The notes under the pieces are model-generated. The model was not told where the DNA came from and made no database searches. It worked only from the letters and a program-made list of their open reading frames with translations. Below, in pieces: positions 30,784-41,180 of a DNA stretch of 64,000 nt. Numbering within the stretch: the first letter of the stretch is position 1; each line of letters begins with the position of its first letter. This DNA comes from an uncultured Erythrobacter sp. (GTDB lineage: Bacteria; Pseudomonadota; Alphaproteobacteria; Sphingomonadales; Sphingomonadaceae). Location of the stretch: contig NZ_CANLMB010000001.1 in assembly GCF_947492365.1 (NCBI RefSeq), positions 1,476,874 to 1,540,873 of the forward strand, in the 5' to 3' direction. The translations under genes were made by a program, and so were the position numbers.

Positions 30784-31407
30784 CTAGTCCGCCAGACTTT
30801 CAATTATATCCGCAACCAGCTGCTTGACCGCCTCGACAGTTTCGCTGGCAGAGAGATTTTCGTCCTGCCTTAACAGGCGCCAAGTATCGAAGCTCGTTGC
30901 TACCATGATCGCGCGGCCGATGGCCGTTTCGGTGTGTATCCGATCAGGCAAGATCGCGTTGAGCCGCTGCTTTTCCGCCTCATGCAGCCGCCGGTAATTT
31001 TCCTTTAGAAACTTCGACTTCTGGCGCGCCGCAGCGGTTGAAATCCGGTACGGTGCAATCCCTTCGCTGACCTCGCAGCGCCGCTCTATCAACTCGTTCA
31101 GGCGGTCTTGCCACCGGTCCGACTTATAAGGCGCTTCCACGATCGGCTTATAGGCTTTGACAAGGATCGCATCGACTTCGCGATACATGGCGTCCTTTTC
31201 GTCAAAATGCCGGAAGATCGAGCGCAGGCCCACGCCAGCTTGCTTGGCAATATTGGCCGTGCTGGGATTCAAGTCGCCCGCCACGATCAGGTCCATCAAT
31301 GCCTGGATAATTTTTGACCGGCTGGCCTGACTGCGCGCATGGCGGCCATCGCTTTGCGGTGCTTCCGCTTTCAGCGCGTCGGATATTGCAATGCTTGCCT
31401 GATTCAT
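30784..31407 (-). CDS. TetR/AcrR family transcriptional regulator
   Basis: N-terminal HTH NIAKQAGVGLRSIFRHFDEKDAMY. 207 aa. Confidence 0.85.
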   Translation of the reverse strand: MNQASIAISDALKAEAPQSDGRHARSQASRSKIIQALMDLIVAGDLNPSTANIAKQAGVGLRSIFRHFDEKDAMYREVDAILVKAYKPIVEAPYKSDRWQDRLNELIERRCEVSEGIAPYRISTAAARQKSKFLKENYRRLHEAEKQRLNAILPDRIHTETAIGRAIMVATSFDTWRLLRQDENLSASETVEAVKQLVADIIESLAD

Positions 31408-31441
31408 GCGTCCCTCTGGATAGGTTTGTTTCCTGTATCGC

Positions 31442-32686
31442 TCATTGCGTCACGGCTCCACCCTTGCCAGATCGCCTGCGAATCTCGCTTGCGACCAGCC
31501 ACAGGCGATCCTGCCCCCAGACGCACAGATCATCTTCGCCGTCATCGCCGCGCAGGCGAAAGCTGGGCACACCCCATAGGCCAAGTTCTTCGGTCATTTC
31601 GGCCTGATAGCGCGCAGTTTCCGCTTTCCATTCGTCATTGCCGAGATGCTGCTGCGCTTCGCTCCAGTCGAGTCCTGCCCGCTCGACCGCCTTCCTCAAG
31701 CCTGCCTTGCGATGAAGACCCACGCCTTCGCGGAAGGCGAGGTGCAGCGCGGCAGACATCAGCGCGGTGTCGCGCCCCTGTTCTCGTGCCCAGGGGAGCA
31801 GGGAGTAAACCTGCCGCGTGGGCTCTCCGATCGGCGTCATCACCGGGCCGAACCCAACCCCCAGATGCTCGCCCTCGCGCTTGGTGTCGAACATGATGTA
31901 CATGCCCTTCTCCCGCGTGGCAGGCACGCCGCGCATGATCATTGGCAGCACCGGCTTGTGATTGAGCGAGACCCCGCATTCGCGCGCCACCGCGATAACC
32001 TTGTCATAGATAATCGAAGTATAGGGCGAATTGAGCGAAGGGTAGAAGTCGAGCGTGAGGTGGCTCGCATCTACACCGCTAACGTCAATTTCCGGCCGCG
32101 GGCAGATATGGGGCAAGGCTGTGTCATGGCAGGCCCCCAATTCGCGTAGTCTCTGTTCAAGGTAAAACAGCCGGTCGACGCCCCAATACCACTCGCCCGC
32201 ATAGTGGAACATCGCGCCTGAATAATGGCCAAGCTCGGCCAGCCGCGCGCTGCCTTTATCGAGCGTGTCCTCGCTGGCACTTGTGCCTGCCTCTGGCTCC
32301 AACTCAGATGGCCGAACAAGCCCGTAATGCGGTGCGATCAATTCAGCATCGCGCTGCGCCCAGCTGTCCAGTTTTTGCAGCTCGGGCTGGTTCTTGCCGC
32401 CACTCGCGCGGATCTGGTGCTGCACAAGCTGGATATCGTAGCGCTCGCACAGCCGGCCGAGCACCTGCTCGGCAAGGCGCGAATAGGGATCGTCCGATTG
32501 GTGGAAGTATTCCACGACATGCGGCGCGCCATCGCGCAACCGCTGGCTCTCAGCCTTGGCGCGGGCCTTGGCGCGCTTCTCAGGCTGGATCACCCGGTCA
32601 AACATCCGCCGCATCAGGTGACGCAGCAATGCAGGCGGGTCGGTCATCAACCGGCCATTGGGGTTGTTCGCCGGTTCAGGCTGCAT
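31442..32686 (-). CDS. Tandem DsbA-like (2-hydroxychromene-2-carboxylate isomerase-type) thioredoxin-fold protein
   Basis: Two successive domains each open with the HCCA-isomerase-like motif: VEYFHQSDDPYS and LDFYPSLNSPYT. There is no CxxC. The start is uncertain (32728, 32686 or 32647). Confidence 0.55.
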   Translation of the reverse strand: MQPEPANNPNGRLMTDPPALLRHLMRRMFDRVIQPEKRAKARAKAESQRLRDGAPHVVEYFHQSDDPYSRLAEQVLGRLCERYDIQLVQHQIRASGGKNQPELQKLDSWAQRDAELIAPHYGLVRPSELEPEAGTSASEDTLDKGSARLAELGHYSGAMFHYAGEWYWGVDRLFYLEQRLRELGACHDTALPHICPRPEIDVSGVDASHLTLDFYPSLNSPYTSIIYDKVIAVARECGVSLNHKPVLPMIMRGVPATREKGMYIMFDTKREGEHLGVGFGPVMTPIGEPTRQVYSLLPWAREQGRDTALMSAALHLAFREGVGLHRKAGLRKAVERAGLDWSEAQQHLGNDEWKAETARYQAEMTEELGLWGVPSFRLRGDDGEDDLCVWGQDRLWLVASEIRRRSGKGGAVTQ

Positions 32687-33320
32687 CGAGCCTGCCTCGC
32701 CGATTCTGCACACGCCCGATAAGCGCAAGCCCCGCGATAGCGAGCAGAGCCAGCAGCATGCCGACCATCAGCCGGACCTGCACAAAGGTGATCGTTGGAC
32801 GGGTGATGAACACTTCGGTGTGCGCAAGCGAAGCGGTCTTGAACGCATTGCCTTCCACCATCCGCTCATCAGCAATCATATCGAGCAGGTCGCGCAAGGA
32901 TCGGTACCGAACCACCGCCACTCGGTCGATTTCCTCGCCATATTTGCCCAGCATCAACCCGGCGCGCTCGCTAACGAAGACCGGATGCCCGCCCCGCTCC
33001 AGCAACAAAGGAAACACGATAGCAGCATAGTCCGCCTCAGCTTCGAGCGCGGCTGCTCCTTCTTCACGAGTCTCCAGATTTACCGCGTAAAATTCCTTGC
33101 CGTCATCATGGGGCAGCATCGCGCGCAGATTGCGGCTCATGCTTCCTTCGGGCGTATCCTCGATGCGGATTGCGTGGACCTGCTCGACCCGCTCGAGCAT
33201 CGCCAGCCCTTCTTCCTCGGAAATAGGGTCGCCATTGCCGCCATACCAATGCCAGAAGCCCGCATAAACAGATGCGAGGAGCACCAGCCAGATCCATTTC
33301 GCCTTACTCATGCGCGTCAT
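32676..33320 (-). CDS. Hypothetical membrane-anchored protein
   Basis: TM segments at the N- and C-termini. It is tightly packed after the sulfatase stop (33323). I recognise no family. Confidence 0.45.
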   Translation of the reverse strand: MTRMSKAKWIWLVLLASVYAGFWHWYGGNGDPISEEEGLAMLERVEQVHAIRIEDTPEGSMSRNLRAMLPHDDGKEFYAVNLETREEGAAALEAEADYAAIVFPLLLERGGHPVFVSERAGLMLGKYGEEIDRVAVVRYRSLRDLLDMIADERMVEGNAFKTASLAHTEVFITRPTITFVQVRLMVGMLLALLAIAGLALIGRVQNRRGRLDAA

Positions 33321-33322
33321 TC

Positions 33323-34987
33323 CTAGTTTGCCCAATAGATCAACTCGTCACCCTCTTCGTACTGATCGGCGAGTGATTTATCGATCATCACCGGCATCGA
33401 AGTCGAAGAAGGATAGAGAAGCGTGCGACCTTCATGGTGCGCTTCGAGCAAGTCCAGCAAACGCGCCGCGACTTGCGGCTCTTGCTCGACCAGATTGACC
33501 TGCTCGGTTGGATCATCGGCGAGATTGAACAGCCAGTTTTTGTCCTGTTTCTGGTCGATCTGGAACTTCCAGTCGCCCGCGCGGACCGCCCAATAGGGCC
33601 CGCTTTGCCAGTAGATCGCCTCATCCTCGCGTAGGAGCGGGCCAGTCCCGCTCGCGATCGGCAAGAGATCAACTCCGTCAATTGCGCGCTCGGGCAATCC
33701 GGCTTTGGTGATCGAGGCAATGGTGCGGAAGATGTCGATATGGGTCACAGGCTGCTCAACCGTCCGCCCAGCAGGCAGGCCAGCCGGCCACCGCATCATG
33801 AACGGCACGCGCACGCCCCCTTCGAACAAAGACAGCTTCCAGCCGCGATAGGGCGCGTTGACTTGCGGCAGTCCGATATAGCCCGCCCCGCCATTGTCAC
33901 TGGTGAAAATCACCACTGTGTTGTCGGCAAGGCCTTCTTCCTCAAGCTTGTCGAGGATTTCGCCCACGCTGCGATCCAGCGCGCGGATCATCGCGGCATA
34001 GACGCGCAGACGATGTGGCTGGATATCACCGACCGCCTCGTAATCCTCGCGGGTGGCTTGCAAAGGCGTGTGCGGTGCCCAATGCCCGACATAAAGGAAG
34101 AACGGCCGGTTCCGGTTGGCCTCGATCGCTTCGAGCGCCTCCTCGGTCCACCAATCGGTCAGATAGCCGCCGGGCCGAAACAGCTGTGACCGATTGAACG
34201 ATCCGGCAAAGCGCTGCGAAGCCCACAGAAACCGGTCAATCGGATCGAAATCGAGCTGCGCGTTGACAACATCGGGGCTGTCTTCGGGCAGATAGAGCCC
34301 TTCGTTCATGAGCAGGCTCTCGTCGAACCCCTGCCCCATTGCATCGACTTGCTCGCTGACGCCGAGGTGCCATTTGCCGATATGGATGTTGTGATAGCCG
34401 CTCTCTCCCAGCATCTCAGCCAAGGTGACTTCCTCGCCAGGCAGGCCCTGATCTTCGTATGCCGGGCGCATCGCGTCGGCATCGGCATCGAATTGTCCGG
34501 GCGGAAGATCTGGCCTGATCTGCTGTGAGACCGTGCCCACCACGCGGCCCATTTGCGCAGGAGTTGGCGTGAACTCGAAACCGGTGCTGGTCGCATAGCG
34601 TCCCGTCATCAGCATTGCGCGTGATGGAGAGCAGGTCGCGTTTCCGGCATAGCCCTGAGTGAAATTCACACCCTCTGCCGCGATGCGATCAATATTGGGG
34701 GTCGGGACAAGGCCGCCTGCAACCCCTCCGCCAAAGGTCGAAATATCGTTGATGCCGAGATCATCAGCCAGAATGAGGACTACATTGGGTGGACGCTCAC
34801 CAATTGGAGCCGCGGCTTGCTCCGGCCCCTGCTGCCAATCAATATCCGGCGTTTGCTCGGCAATGTCCGGTTGAGCGCGATTTTTCACAGCCCACAGGAT
34901 CAGATCACTCCGGAACGCATAGGCCAGCGCAGCAGCGAGGACGATCACAAGCAGCAATCCGCCAACAAGCTTTTGCCATTTCTTCAT
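33323..34987 (-). CDS. Cys-type sulfatase (arylsulfatase family)
   Basis: N-terminal TM/signal segment. Motifs VVLILADDLGINDIS and the CxPxR formylglycine motif CSPSRAMLMTGRY. 554 aa. Confidence 0.9.
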   Translation of the reverse strand: MKKWQKLVGGLLLVIVLAAALAYAFRSDLILWAVKNRAQPDIAEQTPDIDWQQGPEQAAAPIGERPPNVVLILADDLGINDISTFGGGVAGGLVPTPNIDRIAAEGVNFTQGYAGNATCSPSRAMLMTGRYATSTGFEFTPTPAQMGRVVGTVSQQIRPDLPPGQFDADADAMRPAYEDQGLPGEEVTLAEMLGESGYHNIHIGKWHLGVSEQVDAMGQGFDESLLMNEGLYLPEDSPDVVNAQLDFDPIDRFLWASQRFAGSFNRSQLFRPGGYLTDWWTEEALEAIEANRNRPFFLYVGHWAPHTPLQATREDYEAVGDIQPHRLRVYAAMIRALDRSVGEILDKLEEEGLADNTVVIFTSDNGGAGYIGLPQVNAPYRGWKLSLFEGGVRVPFMMRWPAGLPAGRTVEQPVTHIDIFRTIASITKAGLPERAIDGVDLLPIASGTGPLLREDEAIYWQSGPYWAVRAGDWKFQIDQKQDKNWLFNLADDPTEQVNLVEQEPQVAARLLDLLEAHHEGRTLLYPSSTSMPVMIDKSLADQYEEGDELIYWAN

Positions 34988-35207
34988 TGCCTTACCTCAG
35001 TTCCGATGAAGAAAAACCGATCGCCGATTTTTGCATGGGCGCTAGCATACACTTTGTCAGCATGAATTGGCATAGAAAGTGCTGATTTAAATGCCAAGCC
35101 GAAAGCGGCGTGTCACAAGGACTGCGCGGCCGGTCGGCCTCGAAACGGCACAATTGACGGCTTCCACTATCCAGCCAGCGACCACCTGCGTCCCCTCAAG
35201 CGACGCC

Positions 35208-35999
35208 TTAAGAGGAAACAGGCCCGCCCTTGGATGGCTCAATCCGCAAAAAACTGTCGTTTCGGGCAAGGCATGTGAGGCTTAGCCCGGCATCACGCGC
35301 CCGCTCGACCGCCATGCTTGTCGGCAAAGAGACGGTGACAAGCCGCGTCCCCCCTGCCTTCACGACTTTCTCGACGATTTCATAGGAACAGCGCGCTGTA
35401 GAGATGACAATGCCCTGCGCGATATCACGCCCGCTAGCAGCCAATGCGCCGATGAGTTTGTCGATCGCATTGTGCCGCCCGACATCCTCACGCACTTCAA
35501 GGATTGCGCCTGACATATCGGCAAATCCCGCGCCATGCGCAGCGCCGGTTTGCTGATTGAGCCTCTGGTGGCTGCGAATGGCGCCGATGGCGGCGAAGAT
35601 TGCATCGCTGCTCGCCGCCTGATGGTCTGCAACCCTCGGCAACGGCTTTCCTACGGCTTCGAGATTTTCGATTCCGCAAAGCCCGCAAGAGCTTTCGGCG
35701 ACGCGGGTTCGAACCCGGTCAGACAATTGCTCGACACCCAATCCTGACAATCGCGCCCGCGCAACGATGCCCTTATCGGTCTCGGCGATGGAGATGGAAT
35801 CGATCTCGCCAACATGACCCGCCAATCCTTCTGTCAGGGCAAAGCCTCGGACGAAGTCTTCAAGATCGGTAGGCGTTGCCATCATGACCGCATAGGCCAG
35901 CCCGTTGAACTCCAGCGCCACTGGAACCTCTGGCACCCAATTGCGCGAGACGTCCTGCGCGGTGCCATCGGCGAAGATTTCCCTCGCGCTATCCGGCAT
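35208..35999 (-). CDS. fdhD: Formate dehydrogenase accessory sulfurtransferase FdhD (FdsC-type)
   Basis: Start taken at the ATG at 35999. Motifs EVPVALEFNGLAYAVMMATPTDLEDFVRGFALTEG and the Cys motif SSCGLCG. Confidence 0.85.
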   Translation of the reverse strand: MPDSAREIFADGTAQDVSRNWVPEVPVALEFNGLAYAVMMATPTDLEDFVRGFALTEGLAGHVGEIDSISIAETDKGIVARARLSGLGVEQLSDRVRTRVAESSCGLCGIENLEAVGKPLPRVADHQAASSDAIFAAIGAIRSHQRLNQQTGAAHGAGFADMSGAILEVREDVGRHNAIDKLIGALAASGRDIAQGIVISTARCSYEIVEKVVKAGGTRLVTVSLPTSMAVERARDAGLSLTCLARNDSFLRIEPSKGGPVSS

Positions 36000-36288
36000 C
36001 CGAATTGTGCAAGCCCCCATGCGTGGAGAATTCGGTCGCGCGCGTCTGCGAGCCGGGATTACCCTTCGATTCCAGATGAGTGATCGCGGCGGCTGCGATG
36101 GGATCGAGCCCGCTGCGGTCGCTGGCAAAAATCGCCGCTTTCATCCGCGGATCCCAAAAGCTCTCGATGTGATCGGCGGTCGCCAGCACTGCCCGATCAT
36201 GGCCAATGGCAACGAAATTCTTGGCAATCTGGTTGGCATAGCGCCACAGCCGCTCCACCTGCTGCCTTCCAGATGCTTGAGCCGTCAT
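35989..36288 (-). CDS. fdsD: Formate dehydrogenase delta subunit (FdsD-like)
   Basis: Small protein with RYANQIAKNF...HIESFWDPRMK, resembling the FdsD signature. ATGA overlap with the fdsA stop (36285-36288). Confidence 0.7.
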   Translation of the reverse strand: MTAQASGRQQVERLWRYANQIAKNFVAIGHDRAVLATADHIESFWDPRMKAAIFASDRSGLDPIAAAAITHLESKGNPGSQTRATEFSTHGGLHNSDAG

Positions 36289-39137
36289 TCGGCCGGTTCC
36301 TTCGCATCGGTCTCGATCCGGCGGCTGCGCTCGGAAAGTTCGCGGTAGTCTTCCTGCCAGTCGGTCGGGCCGTTGGACGGAGTTACCTGCACAGCCGTAA
36401 CCTTATATTCGGGGCAATTGGTCGCCCAGTCCGAATAGTCCGTGGTGACAACATTGGCCTGCGTCGCAGGGTGGTGGAAGGTGGTGTAGACCACGCCGGG
36501 CGCCACGCGGTCAGTAACAGTGACACGCAAAGTGGTTTCCCCTGTCCGGCTGGCCAATTTTGTCCAGTCACCGTCTTTGAGGCCGCGATTTTCCGCATCG
36601 ACCGGGTGGACTTCCAGAATGTCCTCTTGATGCCAGACGGTATTGGCGGTGCGCCGGGTCTGCGCGCCGACATTGTACTGGCTGAGAATGCGTCCAGTGG
36701 TCAGCAGGAGCGGGAAGCGCGGGCCGGTCTTCTCGTCGGTCGGCACGTAATCGGTGACCACGAACAGGCCTTTGCCGCGCACGAAACCTTCCATGTGCAT
36801 CACTGGCGAGCCATCGGGATGCTTCTCGTTCACGGGCCACTGCACACTGCCGCGTTCCTGCAGCATCTGCCAGTTCACGCCTGCGAAACTGGCAGTGAGG
36901 CGCGCGATCTCGTCTAGGATCTTGCTCGGATGGTCATAATCCCACCCTGCGCCAAGTGCATTGGCGAGCAATTGCGTAACCTGCCAGTCTTCGTAGCCAT
37001 TGGCTGGTTCCATCACCTTGCGGACCGGCTGGATGCGCCGCTCGGCATTGGTGAAGGTGCCGTTCTTTTCAAGGAAAGTGCTGCCCGGCAGGAAGACGTG
37101 CGCGTAGTTCGCTGTCTCGTTGAGGAAGAGGTCGTGGACGATCACGCATTCCATCGCCGAAAGGCCGGCGGCGACATGTTTGGTGTTGGGATCGGATTGG
37201 AGGATATCTTCCCCCTGAATGTAGATCGCCTTGAAACTGCCATCGACGGCGGCGTCGAGCATGTTGGGAATGCGCAGGCCCGGCTCCGGATCAAGGCTGA
37301 CACCCCAATCCTGTTCAAACAGTTCGCGCGTTGCCGTGTCTGACAGGTGGCGATAGCCGGGCAGTTCATGCGGGAAGCTGCCCATGTCGCAGGCGCCCTG
37401 CACGTTGTTCTGGCCGCGCAGCGGGTTCACGCCGACGCCCTTGCGGCCGATATTGCCGGTTGCCATTGCAAGGTTGGCAATGGCCATCACGGTCGAAGAA
37501 CCCTGACTGTGCTCCGTCACGCCGAGGCCGTAATAGATCGCGCCATTACCGCCAGTGGCGAAAAGCCGCGCGGCACCGCGCAGCTCTGCGGCGGGAACGC
37601 GTGTGACCGGCTCGAGCGTTTCGGGCGAATGGCGCTCATCAGAAACGAAACGCGCCCAGTCCTCATAGGCATCAACGTCGCAGCGCTCGCGGATGAATTC
37701 CTCATCTGCGAGCCCTTCGGTGACGATGACATGCGCCATCGCGGTCAGCACAGCAACATTGGTGCCGGGTTGCAGCGGAAGGTGATGGGCGGCTTCGACA
37801 TGCGGGGTGCGCACGAGGTCGATCCTGCGCGGATCGATAACGATCAGTTTGGCCCCTTCGCGCAGACGCTTCTTCAGGCGGCTCGCAAAGACCGGGTGAC
37901 CATCGGTGGGGTTGGCGCCAATTACCAGCGCGACATCAGTGTGCTCGACACTGTCGAAGTCCTGCGTGCCTGCGCTCGTTCCGAAAGTTGTCTTAAGCCC
38001 GTATCCGGTCGGCGAATGGCAGACGCGCGCGCAGGTATCGACATTGTTCGCACCAAACACGCTGCGGATCATTTTCTGAACCAGAAACGTCTCTTCATTG
38101 GTGCAGCGGCTGGAGGTGATACCCCCCAGCGCACGCGGCCCGTGCTCGCCCTTGATCGCCTGCAAGCGGTTGGCCGTGAAGCTGATCGCTTCGTCCCACG
38201 AAACCTCACGCCACGGCTCGTCAATGCTGTCGCGGATCATTGGCGCGGTGATGCGGTCGTCGTGGTTCGCATAACCCCATGCGAAGCGGCCTTTGACGCA
38301 GGAATGCCCGCGATTGGCCTTGCCATCCTTGTAAGGGACCATCCGGACGAGCTGTTCGCCCTTCATTTCCGCCCGGAAAGTGCAGCCTACCCCGCAATAA
38401 GCGCAGGTCGTGACGACTGAGCGCTCAGGCTTACCCAGCTCTTTCACACTCTTCTCGCGCAAGGTCGCTGTCGGACAAGCTTGCACACAGGCACCGCAGC
38501 TGACGCATTCGCTGGAAAGAAAATCGTCGGTCTTGGAACCGGCGCTGATCATCGAAGCAAATCCACGTCCGTCAACCGTCAGCGCGAGCGTTCCCTGCAC
38601 CTCGTCACAGGCACGCACACAGCGCGAACAGGCGATGCATTTGCTGGGATCAAAGTCGAAATAGGGGTTAGAGGTGTCGGTCTCGACCCCCAGATGATTT
38701 TCACCCTCATAGCCATAGCGCACATCGCGCAGGCCCACTTCGGCAGCGGTGTCCTGAAGCTCGCAATCATTGTTTGCGCTGCAGGTGAGGCAGTCGAGCG
38801 GATGGTCGGAGATATAGAGCTCCATCACCCCGCGCCGCAGCTTTGCGAGCCGCGAATTCTGGGTGTGGACGACCATCCCATCTTCAGCAGGTGTGGTGCA
38901 GCTGGCAGGCGTGCCGCGCCGCCCGTCGATCTCGACCAGACACATGCGGCACGAGCCAAAGCTCTTGACGTTATCCGTCGCACACAGGCTGGGAATATCC
39001 CCGCCACTTTCGCGCGCGGCGCGCATGACGCTGGTTCCAGCAGGCACAGTCACACTGCGCCCGTCTATCGTCAGCGTTACCCGCTCACTCGCACGGCTTT
39101 CGGGCGTTCCGAAGTCCTTCTGGCGCTCATAGGTCAT
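36285..39137 (-). CDS. fdsA: NAD-linked formate dehydrogenase alpha subunit (molybdopterin)
   Basis: Start at the ATG at 39137. It has an N-terminal 2Fe-2S domain, 4Fe-4S motifs (CIACSRCVRAC, CVSCGACVQACP, TCAYCGVGC) and bis-MGD domains. The active site is Cys rather than Sec (ARVCHSPTG). Confidence 0.95.
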   Translation of the reverse strand: MTYERQKDFGTPESRASERVTLTIDGRSVTVPAGTSVMRAARESGGDIPSLCATDNVKSFGSCRMCLVEIDGRRGTPASCTTPAEDGMVVHTQNSRLAKLRRGVMELYISDHPLDCLTCSANNDCELQDTAAEVGLRDVRYGYEGENHLGVETDTSNPYFDFDPSKCIACSRCVRACDEVQGTLALTVDGRGFASMISAGSKTDDFLSSECVSCGACVQACPTATLREKSVKELGKPERSVVTTCAYCGVGCTFRAEMKGEQLVRMVPYKDGKANRGHSCVKGRFAWGYANHDDRITAPMIRDSIDEPWREVSWDEAISFTANRLQAIKGEHGPRALGGITSSRCTNEETFLVQKMIRSVFGANNVDTCARVCHSPTGYGLKTTFGTSAGTQDFDSVEHTDVALVIGANPTDGHPVFASRLKKRLREGAKLIVIDPRRIDLVRTPHVEAAHHLPLQPGTNVAVLTAMAHVIVTEGLADEEFIRERCDVDAYEDWARFVSDERHSPETLEPVTRVPAAELRGAARLFATGGNGAIYYGLGVTEHSQGSSTVMAIANLAMATGNIGRKGVGVNPLRGQNNVQGACDMGSFPHELPGYRHLSDTATRELFEQDWGVSLDPEPGLRIPNMLDAAVDGSFKAIYIQGEDILQSDPNTKHVAAGLSAMECVIVHDLFLNETANYAHVFLPGSTFLEKNGTFTNAERRIQPVRKVMEPANGYEDWQVTQLLANALGAGWDYDHPSKILDEIARLTASFAGVNWQMLQERGSVQWPVNEKHPDGSPVMHMEGFVRGKGLFVVTDYVPTDEKTGPRFPLLLTTGRILSQYNVGAQTRRTANTVWHQEDILEVHPVDAENRGLKDGDWTKLASRTGETTLRVTVTDRVAPGVVYTTFHHPATQANVVTTDYSDWATNCPEYKVTAVQVTPSNGPTDWQEDYRELSERSRRIETDAKEPAE

Positions 39138-39657
39138 GACGGGTCTCCGCAGCCGCAAGATCGGCCGGTGTGTTGATATTATCAGGTTTGACGGCAAGCT
39201 GCACGTCGCGCGCGCCAATTGCTTTGGCGAAGGCGATCACCGAATGCCTGCCATCGCCCTGCAAGATGCTTTCGATTGTTGGCAGAGTGTCAGTCGGCCA
39301 ATGCCCGATCACCGGCTGGCTCGCGACAAAAGCAGGTGCCGGATCAAGGCACTCGCGCAGGTCTTTCGGTAGAGCAACACTGTCCACGCCGCAGGTAAGG
39401 ACGCCGGAAAAACCCTGCTCATCTGCATGGCGCAGCGCTCCGGCGATCCCGCCGAGAGGCCCCATCCCCGCGCGCGGCCAATCTGGCACTGACGGTGCCG
39501 ATGCGTGTTCGCGTCCAACGACTATAACGCTGGCGCACATGGCCTTCAGGCTTTCAATGGCGCGCTCGAGCAGCGTCAACCCGCGCAATTCAGCATCGGC
39601 CTTGTCGCTGCCAAAACGGCTCGATTGCCCGCCCGCCAGGACTGCACCCAGGATCAC
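39127..39657 (-). CDS. mobA: Molybdenum cofactor guanylyltransferase MobA
   Basis: Motif LAGGQSSRFGSDKA plus GPLGGI. A GTG start at 39657 overlaps the fdsB stop as GTGA. The 3' end overlaps the fdsA start by 11 nt. Confidence 0.8.
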   Translation of the reverse strand: MILGAVLAGGQSSRFGSDKADAELRGLTLLERAIESLKAMCASVIVVGREHASAPSVPDWPRAGMGPLGGIAGALRHADEQGFSGVLTCGVDSVALPKDLRECLDPAPAFVASQPVIGHWPTDTLPTIESILQGDGRHSVIAFAKAIGARDVQLAVKPDNINTPADLAAAETRHDL

Positions 39658-41180
39658 GGCGTCTTCTCCAGGCCAAAATCCTCGGGCCAATGTTCCAGCG
39701 CGCTCATCACAGGATAAGGCGTGAAGCCGCCAAGCGCGCAGAGTGAACCGTCCTTCATGACCTCGCACAGGTCAGTGAGAAGCTCGACCTCATCTGACTT
39801 GCCGCGAGGCGTCTTGACGGTGTTGTGCATTTGCGGGGCCAGTTCGAGCCTGTCGGGCTCGCGGCCACCAGCCATGATCCGGTCGACAATCTCGACCCCG
39901 CGCACCGCGCCGATGCGGCAAGGCGTGCACTTGCCGCAGCTTTCTGCCGCACAAAATTCGAACGCAAAACGCGCCATGCCGCCCATGTCGGCTGTGTCGT
40001 CAAAAACAGTGATCCCGCCGTGACCGATCAGTCCGCCTGCCGCGGTAAACGCCTCGTAGTCGAACGGCAGATCAAACTGGTCAGGGTGGATATAGGCGCC
40101 CAGCGGACCGCCAACCTGCGCCGCTTTCACCGGGCGCCCCGAGGCCGTTCCGCCTCCGATTTCATTGACGAGCTTATCCATCGAAATGCCAAAGGCTGTC
40201 TCGTATAGCCCGCCATGCTTGATATTGCCCGCAAGCTGGATCGGCATTGTGCCTTTCGAACGTTCGACGCCCAAGCTTTCGTAAAGAGCCGCACCGCCTT
40301 CGGAAAGGATGTGCGGCACTGCCGCCAGTGTCAGCACATTGTTGACAACGGTCGGCTTGCCGAACAGCCCTTCGAGCGCGGGTAGCGGCGGCTTTGCGCG
40401 AACTTCGCCCCGCTTGCCCTCCAGACTGTTGAGCAGCGAGGTCTCCTCGCCGCAGACATAGGCCCCTGCACCGACGCGCACTTCGAGCACGAAAGGAGCA
40501 ACGGTAGCTGCCGAAAGCTTGATGGCCGCTTCCATCTTGGCGATCGCATCGGGGTATTCGCTGCGCAGGTAGATAAATCCATGCCCCGCCCCGACTGCGA
40601 GTCCGGCGATCGCCATCCCCTCGATCAGAGCGTAAGGATCGCCTTCCATCACCATGCGATCGGCAAAGGTCGCGCTGTCGCCTTCATCGGCATTGCAGAC
40701 GATGTATTTCTCGTCGCCCGCGGCCCTCGCGACGGTCTGCCATTTGATACCGGCGGGAAAGCCAGCGCCGCCACGCCCGCGCAGGCCGGATGTCGTAACT
40801 TCTTCGAGGATCTGGTCTGCGCCGATCCCCTGTGCCCGCCGCAACCCGGCCCAACCGCCAGTCGCTTCGTAATCTTCCAGACTTAGGGGGCGAGTGAGGC
40901 CTGCGCGGGCGAAAGTCAGACGCTGCTGCGAGGCGATAAAGGCATGATCCGCAATCGCGCCAATTGCCTTGTCACTCGACCCGTCGAGGATTGCCGCCAC
41001 GTCTTCGGCGCCCGCAGGCCCGAACCCGTTGCCGTCAATTTCAACCAGCGGTTCGAGCCAGTGCATGCCCCAACTTGAGACCCGCTCCACACGCGCCCCG
41101 GCCGCCTCAAAAGCTGCCGCCAAGCTATCGGCACCGCACGCCTTTGCCAGGCTGTCGTCAGAAATTCTTACTAAGGTCAT
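39654..41180 (-). CDS. fdsB: NAD-linked formate dehydrogenase beta subunit (NuoF-like)
   Basis: GRGGAGFPAGIKW (FMN/NADH site) and ESCGKCTPCR (4Fe-4S). ATGA overlap with fdsG. Confidence 0.9.
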   Translation of the reverse strand: MTLVRISDDSLAKACGADSLAAAFEAAGARVERVSSWGMHWLEPLVEIDGNGFGPAGAEDVAAILDGSSDKAIGAIADHAFIASQQRLTFARAGLTRPLSLEDYEATGGWAGLRRAQGIGADQILEEVTTSGLRGRGGAGFPAGIKWQTVARAAGDEKYIVCNADEGDSATFADRMVMEGDPYALIEGMAIAGLAVGAGHGFIYLRSEYPDAIAKMEAAIKLSAATVAPFVLEVRVGAGAYVCGEETSLLNSLEGKRGEVRAKPPLPALEGLFGKPTVVNNVLTLAAVPHILSEGGAALYESLGVERSKGTMPIQLAGNIKHGGLYETAFGISMDKLVNEIGGGTASGRPVKAAQVGGPLGAYIHPDQFDLPFDYEAFTAAGGLIGHGGITVFDDTADMGGMARFAFEFCAAESCGKCTPCRIGAVRGVEIVDRIMAGGREPDRLELAPQMHNTVKTPRGKSDEVELLTDLCEVMKDGSLCALGGFTPYPVMSALEHWPEDFGLEKTP

